Source of the DNA: Candidatus Pelearchaeum maunauluense
GTDB lineage: Archaea; Thermoproteota; Nitrososphaeria_A; Caldarchaeales; Caldarchaeaceae
Direction: 5' to 3'
Assembly: GCA_030059675.1 (NCBI GenBank)
Contig: JANVYQ010000002.1
Coordinates: 128,001-192,000, forward strand
DNA: 64,000 nt
Below are positions 29,844 to 38,958 of this stretch, piece by piece. The position numbers and the translations under genes are program-made. Under the pieces are notes generated by a model. It worked only from the letters and a program-made list of their open reading frames with translations. It searched no databases and was not told the DNA's origin. Within the stretch, counting starts at the first letter, position 1; each line of letters opens with the position of its first letter.

Positions 29844-30950
29844 TACCGCCAAGGCTGTAGCGCATCCAGTTCTAAAAGGCTTAGGCCCCCTCCCGCTTTC
29901 ATTATCAGGATTAACCCACTCATAAAGACAGTACTTCACAACGCTACGCATTATGCGCCAAGACTCTTCTATGAAGCCAAGTCGGTTAAGGACGAGTGCA
30001 TGCATGCTGGAGAACCATGGCCAGAAAGCTCCGTTATGATAGGTGCCCCATTTTCTTGAGCGCCAGCTACTTATGGGAAGTTGCGGATGAACCACGCGTG
30101 GGCCTATTTTATCATCTAGCTTCTTTGAGAGCTGCTTCACAATATCCTCGGACTCTACATGCTCGGCGGCTAATACGGTGTCTTGCCAAACATGCTTTTT
30201 ATATGCTCTTAATCCAACAACCCCTACTGGCTCACTGCTATCAAGCTTGAATGTCTTAACAACAGCTTTCCGAGTCTCACGATAAACATCATACCATTCC
30301 TCGCGTTTCCCGTCAACCTCGGCTAGGGAGCGGAGGGCAGAAAGCCAGCAGACATTAGAGTAGAGAACTTTTCCATATCTATAAGCGGTATCCATCCAGT
30401 CCTCGTTAGGCCCCTGCTCAAGAACCATATCACCATCAACATCCTTATTCAAGAGAGCTGTTGCGGCGTTTTCAACAAGAGGTAAAAGCTCACTACGCTT
30501 CGTAGGCGAATCAACTTGCCTCAAAAACCTACAAGTGATGTCTATCATTAGTGCTGTGGAATCTATGTCGGGCTCCGCGCCATAAACTTATGGGCAGGCC
30601 TTGAGTATAGTTGTGGGGAGGATGCCTTGGAAGCGTTTCTTAAACTCGCGGCCTGCTATTTTGTATGGCACGAATGTATTTCGGCTTCTTCCAGCCACTA
30701 TCAAGGAGGACTCGCGTATTCTATGCATCCATATTTCGCTACACGCATTTAGCCCACGCTCATACTCGCCCAGAGCAAGCCAGCCATAGAGGATAAAAGC
30801 GGCATCCCGCGGCCATATGCCGAGATAGCCAGCCCCAGGTGTTATGCTACTCAGTATAAACCTGCCTAGGAAATGGTGTAGATATTCTAACCAACTGTCA
30901 TATGGTCTCTCCAATACCTTATCTATCTGCTGTTGTACGGCTTGAATCAT
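29814..30950 (-). pseudogene. (alpha/alpha)6-barrel glycosidase (amylo-alpha-1,6-glucosidase-like) split by in-frame TAA at 30588-30590
   Basis: The two track ORFs are in frame, joined by 13 sense codons VYGAEPDIDSTAL; motifs WPRD, DIDST, DWMD, YHNG.FWPW, YEW. Confidence 0.8.
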
Positions 30951-30976
30951 CTCACTACTCTCTAGCTGTGTCTCCT

Positions 30977-32041
30977 CTACGCGCTCGCTGTGCAGCCCTC
31001 AACACCATCTAACGGATATGCATTATCCTCATTACCGGCCTGCCGCATTCTGCTGAGCTGCTCCTGGTAATACCGCGAGCTTGGGTCTGCTAATAGAACA
31101 ACCCGACTAGGCTCATCATCAGCTATTACTATGTAGCCCAGCTCTGAGGCAAGCTCGTTGGCGAATACTCTAATCTCATTCATGCTTGGCATGGCTTTGC
31201 GCGGAAGCCTCTTTTGCGACTCACCAACATGCATATAACCTTTACATTCCACAAAATCTGGCTGCGCTATCCTAATAAGCTCGGCGTATTTCGCTGTAGA
31301 GTGCATATTATAGCCCTTAACCAGCGTAAGCCTAATCACCTTACGAGAGCTGAATCCACGCATTATCTCCAAGCTACGTAGTATCCTCTCCCAGCTATCG
31401 GGTATAAGCGGCTTATTAGTCCTTAGATGGCTCTCCTTATCGGGGCCATAGAGGCTTATGTAAAGGCTTGTCGGCTGGGCTTTTTCACGTAGCTCCAATA
31501 GGCGCTCAGGCATTGTTCCATTTGTAACTAAGAATGTGGTCATGCCGCGGCGTGTCGCTTCTTGAATAAACTCGGCAAGCTTAGGATAAAGTGTAGGCTC
31601 CCCATCAAGCGAGATGGCAATATGCTTAGGCTCCATAGCTTCTATAAACTTCTCCCTACTAACTTTCGGATTCCCCTTAAACCCTGAGAGCAGCTGCCTC
31701 TGTGCCTTGATAGCCTCGTCAAGAATCGCTACAGGCTCGTCCCACCGCCCATCATAGGGCGCTACCCTGTTGGGCGTATGGAAACGCCAGCAGAAAACAC
31801 ACATAAGATTACAGTACTGGACGCTTGGGGTTAGCTGGATGCAACGATGGCTATCTATACCATACCAGCTCTTATAGCACATCTTTCCCCCGCGGAGAGC
31901 GGACTTTGTCCAGTGGCAGACCTTTACGGCTGAGTGTTTCCCTATTATTCGGTAGCCTGACTGCTTAAACCTCTCCACATCCCTAATTTCACTTCGCGCC
32001 CTCTTCCCAGTTACAGCGGCCAGCGGTATCGCCTGATTCAT
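30977..32041 (-). CDS. taw1: 4-demethylwyosine synthase Taw1/TYW1
   Basis: HSAVKVCHWT, CYK, SHRCIQ, CNLMCVFCWR, SLDGEPT. Confidence 0.96.
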   Translation of the reverse strand: MNQAIPLAAVTGKRARSEIRDVERFKQSGYRIIGKHSAVKVCHWTKSALRGGKMCYKSWYGIDSHRCIQLTPSVQYCNLMCVFCWRFHTPNRVAPYDGRWDEPVAILDEAIKAQRQLLSGFKGNPKVSREKFIEAMEPKHIAISLDGEPTLYPKLAEFIQEATRRGMTTFLVTNGTMPERLLELREKAQPTSLYISLYGPDKESHLRTNKPLIPDSWERILRSLEIMRGFSSRKVIRLTLVKGYNMHSTAKYAELIRIAQPDFVECKGYMHVGESQKRLPRKAMPSMNEIRVFANELASELGYIVIADDEPSRVVLLADPSSRYYQEQLSRMRQAGNEDNAYPLDGVEGCTASA

Positions 32042-32090
32042 GATGACTTAGAATATGCATGTAGAGAGATATAATAAACATTCACCATCA

Positions 32091-32909
32091 TCATGCGGTT
32101 GATGTGAGAAGCCTCGCCAGCTCCTCTAGGAGACGGCTGCCTGAAGCTGCAAGTATAGCATAGCGCTCGGTAGAGAGAAGATTTAGATCATCTAAACGAA
32201 TATCCACGCAATCTGCTACTCCATGAGCCTTTTGTAAGATATATGCGGAGGGGACGAAGTCTAAGGGGCGCATTATACGTGGATAAGCTACGAATGCGTG
32301 TAGCTTCCCCTCGGCCACCAGCAAGCTCTCCAGAATAGCAGAACCAAAGAAACGCACATTCTTAACCGAGTTTACCAGCTCTAACCCCTTATCGGGCTGT
32401 TTCTTTAATATTCGGGGGTCAAATGCTATGAAAGACTCGTTGAGAGAAACATCTTCGCATACTCGTATAGGCTTGCCATTTTTTAAGGCATCATCTTCGG
32501 CGGCCTTATATATTTCGCCAGACGAATAATTCACAACAACCGCAGCGATTATGTCGTGATAGGTGCTGCCTTTAGCTATTGCGAGGGCACCAGCAAAGAA
32601 AGGGATTCCAACCATCGCATTATTACTGCCATCAACAGGGTCTATTATGACCAGATAATCGTGGTTATCCTCATTTCCTAGTATCCCACCCTCCTCTGTG
32701 ACAAACGCAACGCTCCCTAGGCGGTCTGATAATGTGCTTATTATGGCGCGCTCGGCTTCTACATCAACGGCAAGTGAAACATCGCCGAAAAACCCGCGCG
32801 AAAGCCGCCGCGAGGCCTCGCCAGAAGCCATAAGCTCCAGAACCCTACGCCTAGCATTAGATAACGCCGCCTCCGCCGCCTCCATTACACGCCGAGTTCC
32901 CAGCTCCAT
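32091..32909 (-). CDS. Inositol monophosphatase/FBPase family
   Basis: TEE, IIDPVDGSNN, RFFGSA, RPLD; start 32909 or 32960. Confidence 0.88.
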   Translation of the reverse strand: MELGTRRVMEAAEAALSNARRRVLELMASGEASRRLSRGFFGDVSLAVDVEAERAIISTLSDRLGSVAFVTEEGGILGNEDNHDYLVIIDPVDGSNNAMVGIPFFAGALAIAKGSTYHDIIAAVVVNYSSGEIYKAAEDDALKNGKPIRVCEDVSLNESFIAFDPRILKKQPDKGLELVNSVKNVRFFGSAILESLLVAEGKLHAFVAYPRIMRPLDFVPSAYILQKAHGVADCVDIRLDDLNLLSTERYAILAASGSRLLEELARLLTSTA

Positions 32910-32956
32910 ACCACCAAAACCACCATTAAACACTAACAGAGAATATAAGAACCCAT

Positions 32957-33217
32957 TCACTTTTTAGAACGCTCAATAACCCTCTTAGCCTTGGCAGTTA
33001 GAGCAGGCCACCTGCGCCTCAGCTCACTCTCCACCATCTTAGCAAGCTCATCACTAATACTATACCTAGGTACTACGCTCTTCCAGTAATTCAAGACGCA
33101 AGCAGCTAAAGGCGAGTAAAGAGCTAGCCTCGGCTGCTCTAATGCTCGTTTAGCTACCTCCCGAAGAACCCTTTCGTCAACCTTGGAGTTCTTACCTCGT
33201 TTCATGGGGTAAACCAT
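32957..33217 (-). CDS. Small basic hypothetical protein, probable RHH-like DNA binder
   Basis: RLALYS strand, helix, PRYSIS turn, helix DELAKMVESELRRRW; TATA-like TTAAAA about 22 bp upstream. Confidence 0.6.
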   Translation of the reverse strand: MVYPMKRGKNSKVDERVLREVAKRALEQPRLALYSPLAACVLNYWKSVVPRYSISDELAKMVESELRRRWPALTAKAKRVIERSKK

Positions 33218-33246
33218 AAACCATCTACATTTTATCTTTTAATCGC

Positions 33247-33582
33247 AGCAAGAGTGCGCAAATTGCATGCGTACGAAAAATCGAATACCAACAACCCCGT
33301 GCAATAATGTTATTTCGCCTCTTATTGTATTTCACCACCAACCGAATAATCAGAGCCATAATAATTCAACACAAATTGAGTAAAACCGTATAAAATCAGC
33401 ACGACAGCCCATGAGGTATGGAGAAAAGCCCAAAATCAGGCTTTCCAAGTATGAAGCGTTACGAATCGGTTGGGGTGTCGGATACTTGCTTCGCTAATAC
33501 AATGACTAATGTAATCTTCCAATATAAAAAGGCGAGATAGCCTAGCTATTGCGTTCGATTTTTCGTATGCATACTCTATGCT
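33247..33582 (+). ncRNA. Candidate structured non-coding element (nested imperfect inverted repeats)
   Basis: Seven nested stems found by eye, four G-U and no A-C pairs on the + strand; no ORF of 60 aa or more; RNA versus DNA function unresolved. Confidence 0.45.
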
Positions 33583-33811
33583 TTTACTGAATCAATTATT
33601 CTCTCCTACGGTTTTATGTTTTATCTAAAAAGGTTTACCTTATACTTTATTACAGCATGATAAAGATTGACGATTATTTTGGAGGATGAAAATAAACTAG
33701 AGCGAGACTTTGTCTCTGCCTTCTAAAGATAACCAACCACGAGCCTGTGGTGATGTTCTTTTTCTTGAAGTTCGGCGTTATGGATATATGGTGGTATTAT
33801 GTATAGTGGAT

Positions 33812-34258
33812 ATGATGCGTTCTGTTCCCGCTTCTGGAGTTTACGAGAAGGGGCGACTGGATTTAGGAGATGTTATAAATGCTGTTTTGGGCTTGGTTGG
33901 TGATGGTAGTGTAGGTGCTGTATCCTTCTTCCTAGGGGTTACTAAAAAAGCTGGACGCGGCAAGAGGGATGTGATGCTTCTCGAGATGGAGTCTTATGTT
34001 GAGCATGCCAACAAGGCTTTATCTAAAATCTGTGAAGAGACTAAAGAGAAATATGGCCTTACCTTCGTCGGAATATGGCACCTAATAGGGAGGTTTGAGC
34101 TAGGTGAGCCGATAGTTCTGGTGGCTGTAGCAGGTGTTTCGCGAGAAGGTGTTTTCCAAGGTCTCCGTGAGGCTGTCGAACGATATAAACGCGAACCAGC
34201 TCTCTTCAAAAAAGAAGTATATGTAGATGGAAGCTATACTTGGCTGGAGGGCGCTTGA
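33812..34258 (+). CDS. moaE: Molybdopterin synthase large subunit
   Basis: GAVSFFLG, EMESY, WHLIG...GE, SR, KREPALFKKE; start 33812/33815 preferred over 33710. Confidence 0.88.
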   Translation: MMRSVPASGVYEKGRLDLGDVINAVLGLVGDGSVGAVSFFLGVTKKAGRGKRDVMLLEMESYVEHANKALSKICEETKEKYGLTFVGIWHLIGRFELGEPIVLVAVAGVSREGVFQGLREAVERYKREPALFKKEVYVDGSYTWLEGA

Positions 34259-34552
34259 ATGAGAGTTGAAACAAGATTTTACGCCTTTCTGAGAGAGGCT
34301 ACTGGTGTTGAGCGTGATTTTTTCGAGCTGGAGGAAAAAGCTACTGTGGGCGACTTGCTTAGAGCTATTGCGGCAAGGTATGAGCGTTTAGCCGGCCTAG
34401 TCTTTGAAGAAGTGCCGCGTCTTAAGCGGGGATTTGCATTAGCTTTGAATGGAGAGAACATAGAGTTGGATAAGATGAATGAAATAAGGCTCAAAGAGGG
34501 GGATACCGTGGTTATACTCCCCCCCATAGCTGGAGGCTTATTTGTTAAATGA
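34259..34552 (+). CDS. moaD: MoaD/ThiS/SAMP ubiquitin-like protein with 4-aa extension after GG
   Basis: FYAFLREATG...LNGENI...LKEGDTVVILPPIAGG-LFVK. Confidence 0.9.
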   Translation: MRVETRFYAFLREATGVERDFFELEEKATVGDLLRAIAARYERLAGLVFEEVPRLKRGFALALNGENIELDKMNEIRLKEGDTVVILPPIAGGLFVK

Positions 34553-35059
34553 AGGGAGACGAACTCCGCGCTGACCTTGGTACCTGCCCATATATGGCTT
34601 CTCAACAGGAGAAGAGAGGCGTGCGAAGACTACATGAAGGAAACGCTCCCCCGCATGGAGTCTGACTGGAAAGTCGCTCCCGACAAGCTCTATAGTGAGC
34701 TGGCCTTCAAAGTTCGCATCTATGATTGTTGGTGGTATCGTAAGACCTATACGTGCATAGCTACTCCTTAGATTTACGAATCCCATCAAATCCGTGGGAA
34801 GCTTCATATACTCAATCGTGTGTAGCAAAACATGTTCATGTGGTTTTATTATGAATGAGTCACCCTCCTCAAGTATATAGAAGCGTGTTATATCAGAGTT
34901 CCTTGTGTCCAACTCTTCGTTAGTTTGTCTAAACCTAGCCACACACCCACCTATGCGGAGGTCAAGACCATTCTCCCTAACTATCTCATCTTCAAAAGGC
35001 TCTATGACCAGGCGTTTGCTTCTTAGGTAGTTCCAGAGGTCAAAGTCCGAGAGTATCAT
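34538..35059 (-). CDS. dcd: dCTP deaminase
   Basis: MILSD, ENGLDLRIG, LRSSYARIG, IDANFEGQLTIE, YQGQRG. Confidence 0.94.
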   Translation of the reverse strand: MILSDFDLWNYLRSKRLVIEPFEDEIVRENGLDLRIGGCVARFRQTNEELDTRNSDITRFYILEEGDSFIIKPHEHVLLHTIEYMKLPTDLMGFVNLRSSYARIGLTIPPTIIDANFEGQLTIELVGSDFPVRLHAGERFLHVVFARLSSPVEKPYMGRYQGQRGVRLPSFNK

Positions 35060-35098
35060 GCACCAACTACTCCCTCCATTATCGTTAATTGAGGCTTC

Positions 35099-35881
35099 TT
35101 ATAGCTCAATTATATCCATGTCCCTCGCCACGTGAATATCAGCTCCAGAGACTTCTGAAAGCTGTTCTACTAGTGTCTCTTCACGGCCCTCCCAAGCTGG
35201 GTAGAGATGAACTACAGCCACTCTCCTGGCCTTTATCTCTCCGAGAATTTCAGCAAGCTGTCTATCTGATGTATGTTTACCAAGCAGCGTTTCGTGTGGA
35301 AATGAGCATTCATGTATTAGGAGGTCGCAACCGCGCGCCAGCTCCACAAGCCTATTATCAGGTAGCGTATCCCCTGAGTAGACGATGCTCTTATCCTCTA
35401 TAACAACTTTATACGCTATACCATTATAGTGTTCAACCTCGGCTACTTCTACACTCCAGCCGTCGCGAAGAATCTTATCACCGTGGGATAGCTCGGTAAG
35501 CCTAAGGTAGTTGAAGCAGCGCATCATTCGTGAGATATAGCTAAACTCTGTGATATCCACTACTAAGTGTCTGACTAGCTTCTCAAGACCTTTGGGGCCG
35601 AGAATCTCCAGCACTTTTGGAGATAATGCTGGGAAGCCGTCGCGGCCATAGGCACGTGCTTTAATCAAAGGTAGCATATCCGATACATGGTCTACGTGGA
35701 AGTGGGTGATTAGGAGGGCGTTCAAGTCTTGCGGATATACTCCCACGCGGCGTAGCTTCTCTATGCATCCTGGCCCGCAGTCTAGTAGTAGCTTAATGTT
35801 ATTGGTTTCTATGAGGATGCCGCTGGCGAAACGCCTCTCTGTGGGGACTATGCTGCCAGTTCCGAGTAGGTATATCTTCAT
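35099..35881 (-). CDS. MBL-fold hydrolase, RNase Z-like paralog
   Basis: LLGTG, LLDCG, THFHVDH, YSGDT, HEC; no exosite arm. Confidence 0.88.
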   Translation of the reverse strand: MKIYLLGTGSIVPTERRFASGILIETNNIKLLLDCGPGCIEKLRRVGVYPQDLNALLITHFHVDHVSDMLPLIKARAYGRDGFPALSPKVLEILGPKGLEKLVRHLVVDITEFSYISRMMRCFNYLRLTELSHGDKILRDGWSVEVAEVEHYNGIAYKVVIEDKSIVYSGDTLPDNRLVELARGCDLLIHECSFPHETLLGKHTSDRQLAEILGEIKARRVAVVHLYPAWEGREETLVEQLSEVSGADIHVARDMDIIEL

Positions 35882-35887
35882 CCCAGC

Positions 35888-36415
35888 CTAGCTCCTCGCT
35901 ATAAAGACCATGTGGGGGAGTTCTTTTCCGAAGATTGTGAGCGCCGTCTCTACGGCGTCTGGGGAGCCTGGGAGAGCCATAATAACCTTACCATGAAAAA
36001 CGCCAGCTACTGCGCGCGTCATGGCGGCGGCCGCACCTATTCTCTTATAGCTCTCCAACCTGATAATCTCACCAAAACCATCCATACGCTTCTCCAAGAA
36101 AGGCTCCACAGCCTCTATGGTGACATCCCGCTTAGCCAGGCCTGTTCCACCATTAATAATAATCACGTCATAGTCTCTATTCAGGGCTTCAAGCAACGTA
36201 TGCCGAATCATAACGATATCATCATTCACAACCCCTAGATAATCCACACTATAACCAAGCTTCCTTAGTATATCTTGGGATTTCTCGCCTGTTTCATCTC
36301 TAAACTCTTCTCCGCGCTTTTTCTTCTCGTAACGCGATGTGCTGGCTGTGAAGATGGCTATCTTTAACTCCTTGGGGGCTTTATGTCTATGCTCTTCAGG
36401 AGCCTTCATCCTCAT
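35888..36415 (-). CDS. moaB: MoaB/MogA molybdopterin adenylyltransferase
   Basis: GGTGLAKRDVTIEA, GFGE, LPGSP. Confidence 0.92.
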   Translation of the reverse strand: MRMKAPEEHRHKAPKELKIAIFTASTSRYEKKKRGEEFRDETGEKSQDILRKLGYSVDYLGVVNDDIVMIRHTLLEALNRDYDVIIINGGTGLAKRDVTIEAVEPFLEKRMDGFGEIIRLESYKRIGAAAAMTRAVAGVFHGKVIMALPGSPDAVETALTIFGKELPHMVFIARS

Positions 36416-36848
36416 ACTTCACCTTCAACTCCACCCTAATCTCGGATATGCTTGTGCTGGGATACTGCCCCCTCTCGTCTTTTTCATATTGTTTTACCAC
36501 ATCCCAAATATTCAGTAAAGCAGTCGAAACTGCCATAAGAGCCTCCATTTCAACTCCCGTCTTCTCAGTAGCCACTACATGGGACCGAACCTCAACATAG
36601 TCCTCGCCTAGCTGCGTTGTTATATCTACTGCTTCCAGTCTTAGAGGATGGCATAATGGGAGGAGCTGGGGTGTCATCTTGGCCGCCATTATGCCAGCTA
36701 CGCGCGCCAACTGGAGCGCGTCACCCTTCTCCAGAGCGCCTTCACGTATTAGCTTGATTGTGCTGGGTCTAAGCTTTATAATCCCCTTAGCGAAGGCTTC
36801 GCGGCGAATAGGGCGTTTCCGCGAGATATCCACCTGCTTTATACTCAT
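36396..36848 (-). CDS. moaC: cPMP synthase
   Basis: VDISRK, KGD, AGIMAAK, PLCHP, TGVEMEAL. Confidence 0.96.
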   Translation of the reverse strand: MSIKQVDISRKRPIRREAFAKGIIKLRPSTIKLIREGALEKGDALQLARVAGIMAAKMTPQLLPLCHPLRLEAVDITTQLGEDYVEVRSHVVATEKTGVEMEALMAVSTALLNIWDVVKQYEKDERGQYPSTSISEIRVELKVKYEDEGS

Positions 36849-36925
36849 ACCAAACAGAAAGAAGATGACGTGCTTACTTAAGTCTTATCTATTGTAATGA
36901 GAAAGGAGAAAATTATGGTTGGTGA

Positions 36926-37285
36926 GTGGGTTTGAGGGTCTGGAGAGCTGCGTCAAAGGATTGGCATGTGGTTAGTGAGGGAGTTAGGCGGAAGGTTTTA
37001 GGCACGTCTAACGACTGTATGATGGTTCTCTACGAGATAAAGGCGGGAGCAAACGTCCCTTTACATAGCCATCCTGAAGAGCAGTTGGGAATTATCATAG
37101 ACGGTAAAGGAGTATTCACCACCGAGAAGGGGGAGATAGAGGTTGTGGGTGGAGATTCTTACGTGATAGAGCCTAATGAGCGCCATGCATTCACGGCAAA
37201 ACAAGACTGCCTAGTTATTGATGTGTTTGTCCCACCTAGAAAGGACTTCGCAGATGAGGTTAGTCAAGCCGATGAGGAGGGCTAG
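36926..37285 (+). CDS. Cupin domain protein
   Basis: HSHPEEQ...H...DVFVPPR. Confidence 0.9.
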   Translation: MGLRVWRAASKDWHVVSEGVRRKVLGTSNDCMMVLYEIKAGANVPLHSHPEEQLGIIIDGKGVFTTEKGEIEVVGGDSYVIEPNERHAFTAKQDCLVIDVFVPPRKDFADEVSQADEEG

Positions 37286-37698
37286 ACCCTCCTGCCCCTT
37301 CTACCACCTTTCTTACGCACACTATCATGCGGGATAGGCGTTACATCCTCTATCCTGCCTATCATAACGCCTAACCTGGCTATGGTTCTTATCGCAGCCT
37401 GCGTTGCTGGACCTGGTGTTATTGACTTCACTCCTCCAGGTGCTCTGACCCTTATATGCACAGCGTTTATCCCTGCTTGCTTAGCCTGCTCCATAGCATA
37501 AGCGGCTGCTCTCATACCCGCATAGGGAGTGGGCTCAAGCCTGCCAGCATCAACAAACATTCCACCACTAGCCCTAGCTATAGTCTCTGCTCCAGTAAGG
37601 TCTGTGACATGAACAATTATGTTATTGTAACTGCTGTAGATATGAACGACTCCCCATTTGAGCTTCGGCTGCTGTGCCTGTCCAGTCTCCTGGCTCAT
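37282..37698 (-). CDS. rps11: 30S ribosomal protein S11 (uS11)
   Basis: [33 protein letters not shown]. Confidence 0.98.
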   Translation of the reverse strand: MSQETGQAQQPKLKWGVVHIYSSYNNIIVHVTDLTGAETIARASGGMFVDAGRLEPTPYAGMRAAAYAMEQAKQAGINAVHIRVRAPGGVKSITPGPATQAAIRTIARLGVMIGRIEDVTPIPHDSVRKKGGRRGRRV

Positions 37699-37818
37699 TT
37701 CGCTGATAGGGCTATTCTAAACGGCTGTTATTAAGGCTAACCTGGCCTGGAGACCTAGCATTACCTTTATCAGCACGCTTAACCGTTGAAAGACGGTTAA
37801 GAAAGGGTGAGTTGAGAG

Positions 37819-38454
37819 CTGCCTGTTTTCTTCACAATCCAACAAGCACAGCAGCTCATTCCATTCATAGAGTCCCGTATCATAAAGCTTCGTGAGAAAG
37901 TAGCAATAGCTCAACGCGAGCCGTATGAGGCTAGCGACTCACTCCGCGCGGAGATTAACAAGATACTTAAAGAGATTGAGGAGACTGGCTGTATCCTCCG
38001 AGACGTGGGCACGGGAATCGTGGATTTCCCAGCAATACGGCTTGGCCGCATAGTGAATCTCTGTTGGAGGATGGGGGAGAAAAGGATTAGATACTGGCAC
38101 GCAGTAGATGAGGGATATTTTTACCGCAAGCTCATAAAGCCAGAAGAGTTTTACGACGAAGAACAGATATTACAATATGTTATTACGTCACGCGAGCCGC
38201 TCATCGAAATAGATGAGACTGAAGAGACTAAGCACATAATCGTGGAGACGCGCGGCGTGCCTGAAGAGGAGGTTAAAGTTCAGCATAATGTAGGTTCTGT
38301 TGAAGTCTCTTGGAATTGGAGTGGATGGAGCTTTGCTAGGAGCTTTAGAATCGATAAAGACGCTATAGTAAGTGTGGTCAAGAACAATGGTATAGTGGAG
38401 GTAACAATCTCTAAGAACCAGCAGCCTCGGCTTTCACGGGAAGGGCGAGCCTAA
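37819..38454 (+). CDS. DUF2203-family domain fused to C-terminal Hsp20/alpha-crystallin-like domain; probable CTG start
   Basis: Frame open from 37816; PVFFTIQQAQQLIP...GIVDFP...LCW..GE..I.YWH...G; then EPLIEI...VETRGV...NNGIVEV; GGGTGA SD 8 nt before CTG. Confidence 0.75.
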   Translation: MPVFFTIQQAQQLIPFIESRIIKLREKVAIAQREPYEASDSLRAEINKILKEIEETGCILRDVGTGIVDFPAIRLGRIVNLCWRMGEKRIRYWHAVDEGYFYRKLIKPEEFYDEEQILQYVITSREPLIEIDETEETKHIIVETRGVPEEEVKVQHNVGSVEVSWNWSGWSFARSFRIDKDAIVSVVKNNGIVEVTISKNQQPRLSREGRA

Positions 38455-38908
38455 TCTGCTCTTCCTCACCACGCATGACATGGTATCCTGGAGAACGTAC
38501 CTTCCTATCACCGACATAAACATGGCCATGGACTATGAACTGCCGCGCTTGGTAAGGAGTTCTAGCGAGCCCCATTCTATAAACCATGGTCTGGAGACGC
38601 CTCTCAAGGAAATCTCTAACCGTGAGTCTTAGCACGTCGTCAAGTATAGCTCCTTCTGGAAGGAGGCCTAGTCTATAGAGCTTTCCGAGCAGCTTGGCTT
38701 CTTCCTGCCTCCTGCGCTCACCTGTAATTATGAAGAGGGAGCGTGCCAGAGACCTGTATTTCCTAAGCTTGCTCGCAGCGCGCCATAGCTCGCGCTTATT
38801 CCGCAGCCCGTATTCGCCGACCAGCCTAAGCTCCTCGGCCAGAACCTCGGCTCTCCACGGGTGGCGTGGAGTCTCATACTTCTTCCGCTGCCTCTTCGGG
38901 TCTCCCAT
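38411..38908 (-). CDS. rps4: 30S ribosomal protein S4 (uS4)
   Basis: MGDPKRQRKKYETPRHPW, YGLRNKRELW, ERRLQT, ARQFIVHGH. Confidence 0.98.
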   Translation of the reverse strand: MGDPKRQRKKYETPRHPWRAEVLAEELRLVGEYGLRNKRELWRAASKLRKYRSLARSLFIITGERRRQEEAKLLGKLYRLGLLPEGAILDDVLRLTVRDFLERRLQTMVYRMGLARTPYQARQFIVHGHVYVGDRKVRSPGYHVMRGEEEQIRLALPVKAEAAGS

Positions 38909-38958
38909 AGCCCTAATACCCTTAAGGTTGGCTTGGCAACCCGCCATATAAACGCAAG

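Noticed and set aside
32038-32095. C/D box sRNA (ATGATGA on both strands; similar hit at 6653)
   Set aside because: No properly placed CTGA D box; the 6653 hit lies inside the small ORF
33247-33582. SRP RNA, RNase P RNA or canonical ORB origin
   Set aside because: No helix-8 GNRA/AGCAG motif, no GAGGAAAGUCC, too AT-rich; no ORB consensus and no adjacent cdc6
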